Source: Diploschistes diacapsis (lineage: Eukaryota). Taken from it: a DNA stretch of 33,253 bases. A program made the translations under genes and the position numbers. Below, piece after piece: positions 1 to 11,930 of this stretch (position 1 is its first letter; the number at the start of each line of letters is the position of its first letter). The notes beneath the pieces were generated by a model. That model saw only the letters and a list, made by a program, of their open reading frames with translations. It searched no databases and was not told the DNA's origin. The stretch spans positions 1 through 33,253 of the forward strand of contig JALAIB010000091.1 of assembly GCA_023645945.1 (NCBI GenBank). Direction: 5' to 3'.

Positions 1-49
1 CCCCAAAAGAAATCCGAGAGACAACAGGAAAGAAACCGAGTGGAAATTC

Positions 50-2551
50 TCATCTTAGACCGGACGCCGATGGCATTTGAAGCACTGCCCGCATTCTCTG
101 GATGCTTTCCTCCTTTACTGCCAACTCTTGCCTCAGCCTCATGATCTCATCGCGTAGTTCGGCGCCCGAAGCACCAGGCATAAGCTCTTGCCGCTTGATC
201 TCCTGATCGGACTGCTCTACTTCCTCCCTTCTTCGCTTCCGAGGTGGATCTTGAAGCCTCTGAGAAGGTAGCATGGCAGGGGCCGGTTGGGGGGAAGGAG
301 CTTCATCTTTGCTCTCGACGATCCCCACGCCTCGGTGCACTCTCCGAAGATGCTCGTTGAGGTTCTCTTTGCGGGAAAACCCTTGGCCTGTACTTCGTTT
401 GCAGTCTTGGTGGGGACAGAACCTGGGAGCTCTGGGTCCACCGTGCTGTCGATGAACTTCGCGCTCGTGCCGTAGAAGGCCACCGGAATATGTGAACCCT
501 CTAATCTTCTCGCAACCGGGCTCGCGGCAGACGTACGGCCGTAGATGCTTGTCCATGTGCTTACTATGCGAGGCGTTAGCGAGTGGCAAACTTCATAGCA
601 TGACGCGCCATGTACTTACGTCCATTGGCACTTGCGCGAAAAGGCTGGAGGATTCGCAGCGCATTCGGGATGCTCGCAGTAAAGCTGATTGAAGTCGTTG
701 CGCGGAGGCTCTCCAGTCTGGCTTGGGCTTCCGCGCCGAGAGCTGGAACTGTGACCAACACTTGGAGAGTTCGTGACCGGGATTTGGGGACTGGTCTGCT
801 CGGGCATAGTGACGGGACACAGAGACGACTCCCGGTTGGAAACGTCGCTGCGCGGGCTTGGATAACTCTGATTAGTCATCAGGTATCTGAAGTTTGGATT
901 GAGGGTGTGGTCGATACGCGCAGGGAATCCGTATTGTCCAGAAGCATAGAGGTTTGGAAAAGGCGCAGCAGTCGAAATTTGATCGAGGTGTTCGGCATAG
1001 GGGTTCACTGCGAGGTCGGAGTGGTGGTGGTACACAGGTCTTGGTGATATATCTTCGTCCGAGGGGCCCAAACTAGGCTGCTGCCAAACAGCAGCATTAT
1101 GGGTAACGAAGCTCTGTCCCTGATTTTGGTTTGGGTTCAGAGTAGGTGACCAAATACTTGAATGAGTGGCGAACGATGCGTCAGAAATAGAAGTTGGGAT
1201 AGAGGTCACAGGGGTACGTATGCCAGTAGAGGGAGTAAACTTTTGGAAAAGACCTTCTCGCTCAACAAGATATTGCGTGTGTGCCTGGTGACTAGCTTGG
1301 GCACCGTAAAAACCCGTTGTCATGTGACTAGAGCTAGGACTAATGTGAGTCATTTCAGCTCCCGGCGAGGCAAAGGCGCTAGTGTTGAGCGAGCCAATCA
1401 TATCCGATACCGAGCTATCCGGTCCGACATTATTGCCGAGCCGCGTACTCAGGCCGGGCGGTGAACGCCCAGTGGTGTGGCTCATCCTCACCAAAGAGGC
1501 GTTTCCGTGGCCTACCAGTCATCAGCAAAGTCAAACTCGCACAGAAGGGCGCAAATTTTTCAATGCGCTTACCTGGATTGGCCATGGTCGGTTGAGGATA
1601 GGGCTGTGCCAGCCAAGACTCTTCGCCGGGTTGCTCAGCATCCGATGTTGGAGCGTTGGGCATGTAAAACATCCAGCATACTCCCCACAGCACTACAAGC
1701 GAGGGCTTGATATTCCAAGGCATTCTTGAGTTTAGCGGAGGGCGACCGCTCGACCACTCAGAATACCAATCTGCACAGGACCTTTGGACTTGCTCCAGGT
1801 ACTTGCTCCAGTGACTGTAATCCGTCTGGAGGGCCTCGAGACTGTGCTGGACTAGAGCCTGGAAGGCTGCTTGCTGGAGACAGCGCAGCATGTGCTCGAG
1901 GTTGGCGAGATACTTTTCGAAATCTATCCCGTCGTTGAAGCCATAGCCTGCGATAACCTGCTGTCGCATGACCTCGTCCTCTTGCAGAGCGGTGATCCTT
2001 TCGAGCATAAGAGTGGTGTTGTCGAGGACATTGCTAGCCTTTTGAACATGTTTAGAGCTGACCAAGCGCACGGCATCGAATTCCAGTAAGCGTTCATCAT
2101 CTCTAGCAGCGGTGTCCAGTGGATCGATTTCGCTGGCGTGCGAAAGGTTGTCATCAACACGTCGCAGGGAACTGTGAATGGGAATAAGCTATTCTAGGAT
2201 GAATCAATCAATGGCGTATTCTTCTACCTGGACCAGTTCGACTCCCCGTAGTTGACATCCCTATACTGGATGATAGGAGTTTCCTCTAAACAATTGCGCT
2301 CTCCCAGCTGCGTCTGCGCATTCGCCTGACTATAGTGTGATTAGTCAATGATGTAGACCGGCGAGCCGCCTAGCTCACCTTTTGAATTGCGCGAGGTCAG
2401 AGCTCCGAGCCTTGACTAAAGCATCACGTTGCCCTCGACTCCTTACCTTGGCCTCCAGGCGCTCACGAAACTGTTGAACGAGGCGCGCGAGCCTGATAGC
2501 TGTATAGAGGGAAGGCCGACGAGCGAGACGTCCGCCGTCGTCGGAGTCCAT
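50..2551 (-). CDS. Fungal C2H2 zinc-finger transcription factor, 5 exons (2551-2379, 2329-2228, 2171-1573, 1511-620, 563-50), ~759 aa
   Basis: ATG in CATCATGG context at 2551 (MDSDDGGRLARRPSLYTAIRLARLVQQF). Introns: 2330-2378 (GTGAGC..GACTAAT..TAG), 2172-2227 (GTAGAA..CAG, weaker), 1512-1572 (GTAAGC..GCTGAT..TAG), 564-619 (GTAAGT..GCTAAC..TAG). Spliced length is 2280 nt, in frame, joining ORFs 1430-2071, 616-1494 and 50-589. C-terminus has three C2H2 fingers (CEHPEC..F.RKCQWTKHMDKH; CREPGC..GFTYSGGLLRHEREVH; CPHQDC..GFSRKENLNEHLRRVH), a basic RKRRR NLS-like motif and a short coiled coil. The two 5' exons are less certain than the 3' part. Confidence 0.9.
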
Positions 2552-4612
2552 GATGCTTGTTTGTCTTGTCGCATGGAATTGCTTTGAGTGATGTGAAACT
2601 TGACATCGTAAAGAGCTGGTGGCGAGTGCATTTCTTTTGTATGCCTCGCCAACTCTTCGCTTCCAGGCTGCTCGACATTACTCGAGGTTGTTTGGTTGTT
2701 TGGTCGACAAGGCTCTATCAGATCCCTGTCGTAGCCCCATCTGTGGTTAACTTGATCAGTGCCCCAGGGTAAGCAGGGGTTGTTCCAAGCCTCGAAGCGT
2801 TAGGAACTATTCCCAGTTGGAGGGTATGGAAGGCAGGGTAGAAGCTTGGAGTGTTGGTTTTGCTGGAATTGGCATCACTTAGACTGGGGAAAGTAGCCGC
2901 AGAGAACTTGTGCGGGTTGGAAACACACTTATTTGCGGCGCGAAACTGCAAAAGATGAGCTCATCTCAACTGTTGCTATTCCCCTCCCTACCGTCTAAGC
3001 CGTAACTATGAAGCGCCATTCAAGAGACTGGACTGTGAACTATGCTTTCGGTGCACGTCAACTGCGACCAAGGCCTGGAGGGGGATGGGGGGCAGTAAAG
3101 TGGTAGAGAAACATGCGGCAGTGCTACGGCTGGCTAGTGGTTGTCCGAAATAGTAGTAATAGTGGCGTGATAACGCTGCAGTAGCTTTGCTTCGGCAGTG
3201 ATAGCAGTTCGAAGGAACAGAACTTGTGGGAGCTGATGGCTTACATCTCGCTCGGAGGGTGAGTGAGACATCTATGACAGTTGCTTCTCTGGAACACGTC
3301 CTTCGGAGCCTATATCCCAGCAGAACTCAATCTCAACCGGGTCGACGACGACTAGCAAGAGTCTGATGGCAGCTCTTAGCATTCCTCCTCATCGGGTCCC
3401 TCTAGATATCGACTCCATGTACAGCTGCACAGTGTAACATTCACTTTCTTTCCGCACGAAAGCCCGGAATTTACAGAGAAGAGCCCCAAGCTTACGGGGG
3501 AAATAACACAAGTGAGAACTGAACTTTCCTCAGGGTGTTGCTCACTTACTGCACGCGAGCTTTCGCTTGCCCAGTCTTGGAAAGCATTGTTGTCATTCGC
3601 GCGCCTGCTATCTGCACAGCTGCTTCATCGTTAAAGGGCCTCACAAAGTGGAATCTGTATTGCGTTAACATTCAAGCTGAGGATCAATTAATTGATAGCG
3701 AGCAATCTGGAGGCTGAAGCACCGGCCAACGCCGCAGCAGCAACACGACCACCACTACCACCACTCTCTTGCCAAAGTATGAGTTCAGGTTCCAAAGCGC
3801 TCTGCACGTGCATCATGGCGATTCGAAAGTGACTTGTTGAGCTCGTTTTCTAAAAATGATTTTCCTTGGGAGGGTGTCTCTACAGAAGTAAATGTTGGTT
3901 TCTTCTTGCAACAGTGGGTGTGCCTGCTGTTGTTCTGAGCGGCGGCTGGTGATGTTTGAAACACCGCAGTTTTCCCGTCGGTCAATAGTAGTGCCGGTCG
4001 ACGTTTCCTATCAAAACCCAATCGCTATCGTCTGTTTCACCGTTTTGTTTTACCATCTCATATCTGCGTCGCACAAGGCTCTTGTTGCTGCATGAAGCCA
4101 AGTTATACCCTCCGACTCATCGCCACCCATAAGAGAGCGACGCTGGACGCAGGCGCCACAATCTTCACCAGCCACACATCATGAAGCATCTCTTTCTCTT
4201 TTGTCATCAGGTTCACCTCAACCTCCATAATCCTGTGAATGTAGGATCTTCCAGCGCGTCAAAGCCTCAACTAGTTCCTTGGAACTATATTATCGACGGT
4301 TGGATTTCACGTCCAGCCATTTCCAACCACATGTCTTGTCATTCCTCATCCACATAATCCATACTGACTTTGACAGAGAATAGATACTGGTCTTGGGTAT
4401 TGCTGTCGCGCTAGAAGGTCTGAATGATCCAATTAAAGACCTTGGCCGAAGTCTCATAGTTTTTCTTAGACTTCCTGAAGCCCCATACTATCAAGCATGA
4501 GTGCAACCGCTTGTCTTACACGGTCATAAATATGCAATTCATCGATACATGAGGCAGGTTTCCTGCTCTCAAACACCAATGTCTGACAAAACTGTCATGT
4601 CATCAAGTCTCC

Positions 4613-6531
4613 CTAAGTCCCGGCGTCCACCAAGATATACATCAGCGGCCCCAGAGTTTTCTGAAACACAGCTAGCCAGGAGAGATAGAAGCCACAGGCG
4701 AAACATTTTTCGCCATTATAGGGAGTCCGAGCGACACTAGAGATCTGGGTGCCAAACGGGACCTTCCCTTCCGTTACCAGACCTCTAAACGGTGTTCGGA
4801 AGCTTAGCTTAGCCATCCCACCAACGCTGGTGAGTATTGTTTCGAAATCGGCGTACTGCATCATCTCTGTTAAACTGTATATAACAGACCTGGCAGCCGT
4901 TAATTTTGAGCATGCATAGTTCTTATACTAGGTGTCTAATCATTATAGTTGAAATTGGAATTCAAGATTCGCCTAACATTACTGCTCCCCTGCCCTATCC
5001 ACCGCGCAACTAGCCCTATTGCTTAGAAGCTCTAAGAAAAATGTCAATCCAGTCCAGGACTATACCACATGTACGGTCTGCTCTCTAATGCCGGAAACTA
5101 TTAACTCATCGGTGCAGTTTAATGGGTTCCTATACGTAGGTTCAAAACTCATGACTTAGCGCTTTCCATCCTTTCAGCTCTGTTTTGGAGACACTCCTTT
5201 ATCTTCTGTACCGCGTCGAGTCGGGCCCAAAGACCTGATACTCCGTTGCAACAGCTCAATGTGGGTTTCCCAAATGAGCTGCCTATTGTCATGTGGCATC
5301 TTATATGAATAGCCAAGCCCTAGCAGTCAGTCCGGACCGAGCCCTGCCCACCACAGCTCCAAATCAGAAGCAAGTGATGTAGATTGATTCTGTCAGGACC
5401 AGGCTATCTTAAGAATTCGGGTCATACGATAATGATTGGTGCGATTCGCTTCGTCCCAGCACAACATCAACGTATACGGCGTACCTAGCAAACATATGGA
5501 TCGCGGGCTCATCATTTGTCACATGCCTGTGTCTCCTCCTCCGATGGCAACGACGTTCAAGAAGTTTGGTACGTCCCTGCGTCCCTTTGTACCGCAAGAG
5601 AGAGCCTCCCACGCAAAGGCAGTCTTCTTGGATATAAGCGGCTTACTCTCCCTGTTATCTTGTCGTGAACCTAGCGTGTCCTCGCCAATGTCACCCCGTC
5701 TTAATCTTAAGAAGGACTACCTGTATAACTACCAGTATGGCCTTGGGAAGCTTTCGTTCAACTGGGACAACACAATTCCTGGAGGGGTTTAGCGCTCTTG
5801 AAAGCACATCTGCTAGCTTTTTTATGTCAACATAACGCTCAATGCTGCTTCTTCCTAACATGTTAAACCTTAATACCTTTCAAGCAGTTTTTAAACTTCC
5901 GCTCAATTCGAAGAAGATACTGGAACCTGCGTTGGAAGAAGAGGTTTCTTCGACAACTTCGTTATTCCTTGCCATAATAGTGCGTCGGTTACAAAATTCG
6001 TCGTTGTAGGGCCTCGCATAAACAGAAATTTCAGATAGTATTGGACGAAGACACAATTTGTATACTTCAGATCTGGTTATAGGCTAAAGGCTATTGCAGT
6101 GATGTAAGAATAATAGTGGATGGATTGTGTTTATATCCACTACCCCTGAGCGGACTTCCCTTTGTCGTCATCTGTTGCATGCCTCGAAGCATATGCCGCT
6201 ATCATTGGACTCAGAAAGTCACCTCAGGATCTGGCCTTTTTTGCTGCAGAGCGCTTCCTGTTACTGTGTTCGCTCCCCTTAACTTTCCCTCATTCCTCTT
6301 ATATTAACGAGTGCAGTTACGACAGGAGATGGGTCTAACCCTCCTAAACGCGCAGATAAGGCTAACTCAGTTTAAAGACGGCCTGATATCCGCAAGAAAC
6401 CCTGATCTGTATGACTGGAAACGCTTTCCATTGCTACCTGTTCGATGGAAGGCGATGATATCGGTATCCTCGTACGCTTTGTGGGTTTTGCTAGGTTAAG
6501 TTGATAGAGGGATCGGCTCATAGATGGTATG
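4613..6531 (-). pseudogene. Decayed heterokaryon-incompatibility HET-domain (HET-6-like) gene
   Basis: HET motifs occur in the correct order across stops and frameshifts. They are IYEPIPL and TRIPISSP (~6531-6450; cf. Y.PL..IRLL.L.P), ALS..G (~6360; cf. YEALSY.WG), EAL..KRPDPEVTF*V (6257-6208; cf. AL..LR....LW.D), DDDKGKSAQ/VVDINTIH (~6172-6121; cf. D..EKS.QV..M..IY), RPYW/VIQVVLL (~5743-5710; cf. RP.W.R.WVIQE..L), GPD* (5338-5327; cf. PSW.PDW), and RTPFR..GKVPFGTQ in ORF 4613-4864 (cf. C-terminal RR.F.T..G..GL.P). Each match is degenerate. Confidence 0.55.
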
Positions 6532-7388
6532 TTGGAAGTTCTGCCCCTGAGCACGAAGACTGCGAGAGATCGACACTACCTCGGAAACTGAGTTTCCCGT
6601 CTCAAAGTGCCTCAAGTAGACCTTGAGCATGTAGACCCAATTGATCTAATCCTACCCGCAGTTTGCTTCGACTCGATTGACCCTACAAACAACCCGTTAG
6701 AAGTGAGTACCTAGGCATTTGAGAGTCTATTAGGTGGAACGTCTGTGCCCATTTATGAAAGCCCAGAATCGGACAGCTCGAGCTACAGCCTCTAGTGTTA
6801 ATTGTCGGGACTCCCTGATAAAATAATGCAAAGAAGCAGAAGGAAAGTCCTGAGAAGGTCTCAGTCCAGGCTAGCTTTGGTTTTGTCGAATCATTAGTCC
6901 TGGCAAGATTGAGAGTGTAGTGCTTCACGAGTCTTAAGAGGTGCGAGCATTATCGTTATGTTCTATGTATTACGCGTCTAACAATGGCCTTCGTAAAGTT
7001 TGCATGCTAGTTGAGATGTGCCTCATCTTATGCCGATTGAGGTAGATTTGAGGCAAGCTTTTATATAGCCGCCGCCTTAGTAGTTCTATGAACATCGTAT
7101 ATGTTCTCGAAAAAGTAGAAAATCTCCGTATCAGAATATCTTCCTGATGAGTTAACCCTACTCTTGTAGACGGAGATATCTACTTCTCTAGAGTCCTCAA
7201 AGTCGTCCTTCTGCTTGTCTCGGCTGGTGAGATCATTCTAGGGGAACTCAATAGAGTGGGGAGTGCTGGTTGAAGCCTTTTCGATACGGTTCATATTCCT
7301 AGACCGCCATAACTATTTACGATGATGGTGCAAATTGTTCCTCGTTGAGATCTAACCAGGTGCTTGAGAAACCTCTTGAGATTACTTC

Positions 7389-8760
7389 TCAGCTTAGATC
7401 CCCACCAAATAGGGGAATCTCACTTATCCTGCGCAAGGTCAAGTCTTCCTCGTGATGGAATAATCTGGCGTCTAAAAGGCTCTCTGCATTACTTTTGATA
7501 AGTGTTCTGCCACCTAACCTGTTCCAATTTAGATGTTTTCTACTCATCCTAACTAGGCCTTGCGTATCATGTGCTCCTTGATCCAATAGTGGGATCCAAC
7601 TAGTTTTTAGAAGTCGCAGAAAAGTTAATACCAGATAACGTTTCTTGCTGGATATAGTGAGAAACCTTAGAGGTATCCCCTTCCAGATCTCACACAAATT
7701 GCCTGTACAGCCTATTCGCGCGCTGTGTTGATCTCCTAGACAACAATGGTAAGTAAAACTTATGTTAGACATATTTCTTGCCTGCGCTACCCGCTGTAGT
7801 ATCTAGAAGGCTTGGGCTTTCCGTCCGGTATCCTAGGGCTAACTACGTGGACATAATGAGAAGGGACAAGCACCATTTGGAGGTCCCAGGTGCATCGAAA
7901 CGACGCTGACTGGTGCTTGAAGATAGAATATACTCGGTATAATACCTATCGTGTATTGTGCTGCTCTGTACTGGAAGGCACTATTCGTCCTCATTATCAA
8001 ACCTGGATGTTTTACACATTCGAAGGCTTCATTTGCACTCTTGTCTCTCGTGTAATCGCCTGGGATTGGAACAATCGATATCAATGACTCAGTCCTCTGC
8101 AACGTTGCTCTTTGAGTTAAACCTCGAGCGATTATGATAAGGACGAGAGCAACCTCTTTATACCTGGCGTTGAAATCTCGAACCAGATTTTGTGAGGTTG
8201 AAAATGCGGTTAAGTTGTATGGAAGGTATGCGAGACCCAACTTGCAAGGCATATAAATAAAACTCGATAGTGACTCCTGTAGAATGTACTGCCTGATGCC
8301 CAGTAGCAAGTAACGCTTACGTATTCTTGAATTTTGGTCAAGAGATTGTACCTCATAAAGATCTTTACCATATATAAGGAGAGAAACTTAGAGTCTTCAC
8401 CTGGTCATCATTGTAGTGATGGAATTCCGTCCCTATTTGGATTCGTCAATTCTTCAGCGTGGCTCTCACCTCGTGCACTTCTTCTTCAAGATAAGTGTTT
8501 CTATGGTGAGAGCGCGAGGAATTCTTGATTCCAAATATCTCCTACAAAGATTGTTCTTTCTGCAGATTCAAGAATTGAAGCATTCCTTTGTTTTACCGAT
8601 GCACTCCAGTAAGAAGTCTCTTACCTGGTGGACAAAGCGAGTACCCAAGAAAAACCGTCGACCTCACGTGGATACTCGAAGCCTTCGAGGAATTGTGGAT
8701 CGTTCTCTGCCCGGTTCGGGATTGGTATTACTATCTAGATACAAAATATAGCCGCTACTG
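7389..8760 (-). pseudogene. Remnant of an unidentified protein-coding gene
   Basis: ORFs 7839-8309 and 7389-7772 are in the same frame, separated only by three TAG codons (7839-41, 7833-35, 7803-05). The frame stays open up to a TAA at 8388-90. A possible short GTAAGC..CTACAG intron lies near 8320-8277, and a stop-interrupted protein-like frame continues to ~8760. No family recognised. Confidence 0.4.
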
Positions 8761-10739
8761 CGAATAGCCATAAAGTACCTAATCCTCGTGATCCAGTCCA
8801 CGGCGAGCAGGCCTGAAACTTTTTCTAACTGTGGAGGGAAAGATCAATAATGCCGGAAATTATTCCGCGGACAACTCCTGTAATGGATCTCCGGTCGATT
8901 TTGCAGCCTTAACGCGAGCCTTTATAGATCTAAGACACGAATTTAGGATAAGCCCGCTAAGACACTCCTGTCTCACAGCCCCCATGGGTCAACTCTAAGT
9001 TTCTTGCCTGCCATATCGACTGCGCTTAGATTGGACTAAGTCTGAGATAGATTGAACACTCGCTGCACTTCTGAAGCAACGTTAACTGGTGTCCTAACAA
9101 GGTGGAGCGGCAAGACGTTCCTCAGTCAGCTCTCCTGGCGGCTTGACCCTGGCGCGACAGTCCATCCCAAGCCTCTTGGTTGTGACCGAATCTCTGCTTA
9201 TTGGGAAGCTCCTGTCTTCTCCACTAGATTTTCTAAGTGACCATTTAGAGTACCCAAAAACAACCGGGCTGGGCTATGACGACCTGTATTTCACCGAGAT
9301 GCTTTTGGGTTGTATAACTCTGGAGTCCGTAGTGTACTCTGGCTATGGATCTCCCTCTCCCGGAAATCGATAGTCACAACCCCAGGCCTATAACAGTCAA
9401 AGCCCATATTTGCAAATGCTGTTCGCGTATAGCAATCACATGTGAAACGAACGAGTTCCATGTTGAGGATCGTTCTTGATAGCTTTGTAATAGACTGCTT
9501 TCCTATAGCAATCATGATATGTTTCCCTTTGCTCTTCTGCACTTCCCTGAACAGGACGGCCTTATTGCATACGTAAGGACTTAGTTGTGTCGCTAACTTT
9601 TGCGCTGTTACGGAAAAGCTCGAGCCTGCTTTAAGGGTACCAATGGAGTACTTTCAACCCTTGCTCTCTTCTTCAAGGAGCTGGTGCACCCCCTTGCCAA
9701 ATCGGATAGGTCTTCAATATTGGAGAGCGGATATCAAGTCAGCGGTAGCCAGTGAGTCTCTGCCAAGCTCTATGCTATCTTCTAGCCCGCTCCTGACAGT
9801 AGTTGACGCGTTTCAGCTGAGAGAGTTTTCGTATCCACCGCTTCAGCAGCCGCATTCTGCTCGGGACAAACAGCTTCGCGGAGGATTGAACGCCGGTGAT
9901 GAAGTCAAGGATGGAGCCTGAAATCCTACCTCGTCCAGAACGCTCGACCTTCTCTGGTCCATTGATTCTAACTACCGAAGACTTTAGGTATCGCCCAAAT
10001 TACTGTTAGATACCCAAACCCGGCCCTAGTATTAGATACATTATACTAACCAAGTAATATAATTGGGAGTACATAAGGGATTCTAACCTCTATCCAAACT
10101 TGCTCACTTTATCAAAATATCTGAAACTACTTGGCATGCCAGGGGAAAACTTTTTAGAATAATGGGATTCTTATACCTCGGTTAGGCGTAGCATCGTAGA
10201 AGCTCTCAGGTGTATCCCCGGTTTCTTTCACCACGATTTTCGATATTGTCAAAGCGACTTCGATGTCGATCAGGTTCATCCGCGATCCAACCAAGGGCGT
10301 AGACTTCCTATGCAAAGCTCGGGGAATATCAAGCTCGGCTTGCTGGAGAGGCGATCTGCCTGAGTATAACTTGGAGCCCACGGAGGAAGACCTGTGACAA
10401 TGCGTTGATTTGGTCCCAGGTAATGTCGAAGGCTTGCGTTAGAAGCGTGTGGGGGAACCAACCATATGGTTAGAATCTCCTGGCTTTAGGTATGGATTAC
10501 AGAAGATTCCTATATGATCATGTTTCCAGTTTTTCAAGCGAAGATCCACCTCTTGTGATTCCACTAGTTCCCATTTCAGATGATTATATAAGAGCTACCC
10601 TGTCCTTTATTATTCTCATGGAAGTAAGAATAGTACTCTAATTGCTTCTGTGGAGTTATATAAGCCCTCAAATCTCGAGCTCTATCTCTGGTGTTCCTCA
10701 AACTTCATAATGAATAGAAGCCCACCTCTTTATGATCAA

Positions 10740-11930
10740 TTGTTGTGCAGCCTAATTGTTCTTCAGTCGTCGCTATTGCCATCCTAGCTATTAAATGGCG
10801 TGCCAGCATTTCTGACCTTGACGGTGTTCTCACACCTTTAAGATGCCGAGTCGCCTCGGTCCTCTTTTTATTCTGGTTGTTACTTTCTTCATCTAGTTCA
10901 CTAGTTCAGATTATCATACTTCGCCATCAGATTTTTTTTATAGCTTTTTTGAAGGCTTCTCGGTTGTCGACTGCGTATCTAGTAGCCTGTATGATAGGTG
11001 TATTGTTGCGTTCGTAGATTTTCGAAGTATTCGAATTCCTTGTTATAGATCTTCGAAAGGTTAAATCCGTAGAAGGCCACAAAGCTTGCAGCCTCCATCC
11101 CGCCGTTGATGCCTCATAGTTGTCGCTGGGGCTCCAAGTTGTCGGATTGCTTTCCGGTTTACGACCAGTATCTTCAACATGCAGCTACACTAGATGCTAG
11201 AACATACCGGCCAGCCTCAGAGCGCCCTTAGGTCTAATGCGGAGTGAACAGCCTACGCCAAGCTACTTTTCATCATGACATAGCAGTATATGGTCTTTCG
11301 ATTCATCCTGTTAGTTTTCACCTGATACGTGAACCGTATATAAATTGGCTCGATTAGCCATGTGTATTCGTTCTGAGCGTGATGGGGTTTTGCTCGACCC
11401 TTTTAATTCTCTCCTGGCAGTAAGTGATGTCGACCAATGCTTCATCCCTCGTAGCTTGCATTATGTTCTAAATAGCGTTACCTAGGTCGGTGTATGGGGT
11501 TAGGAGAAACGTTGTGTTGTCCTGTCACGTAAAATGTCAGGCGAATTGTATGGCCGGCGCTTTGCTTGGTCCATAGCGCATCCTGTAGGGCTTTTCATTC
11601 GATATTGAAGTCAAGTCCTATTTGTTGGGGTATAGAGCCGAGAAAATAGCTTCGATATTCCTTGGTATAAAGATTCATAAAGCCAGCCCTTTCTTTTAGA
11701 GTTGTGTTGGCAGGCTTGGGGGCCTGATATCCACGGAAAAGTGATGAGCTTGCCCGCTATCAGCTTCCATGAAATAACATGGTTAGAGGTAGAGTGCTTG
11801 GTCTTGCCGATTCCAGTGGCCTCGAATAGTGTAGACATGGTATGTATCTTTGCCTCATGTAGATGCCTGTTCAGAAACTTTTTCCAATAAGACTCGTCAT
11901 ACTTCCGTACATGCGGTGCCTAAACGGAAC
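10740..11930 (-). pseudogene. Remnant of an unidentified protein-coding gene
   Basis: Successive protein-like minus-strand frames linked by apparent frameshifts (..YDESYWKKFLNRHLHE..; ..ERAGFMNLYTKEYRSYFLGSIP..ALQDALW..; ..TFLLTPYTDLGNAI*NIMQ..) with scattered stops. No family recognised. Confidence 0.3.

Noticed and set aside
217..2089. Overlapping ORFs such as 610-1047 (+), 1162-1464 (+), 1382-1729 (+) and 217-483 (-)
   Set aside because: These are antisense or alternate-frame shadows of the C2H2 gene with no independent domain signal.
10154..10461. GRSPLQQA / ETGDTP (ankyrin-like) and LPPWAPSY (HET C-terminal-like) fragments
   Set aside because: They are short, lie in different frames and are mutually inconsistent; no 33-aa periodicity.
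11800..11814. GIGKT resembling a P-loop of a NACHT/NB-ARC protein
   Set aside because: It lacks the GxxGxGKT context, and I found no Walker B or other STAND motifs downstream.
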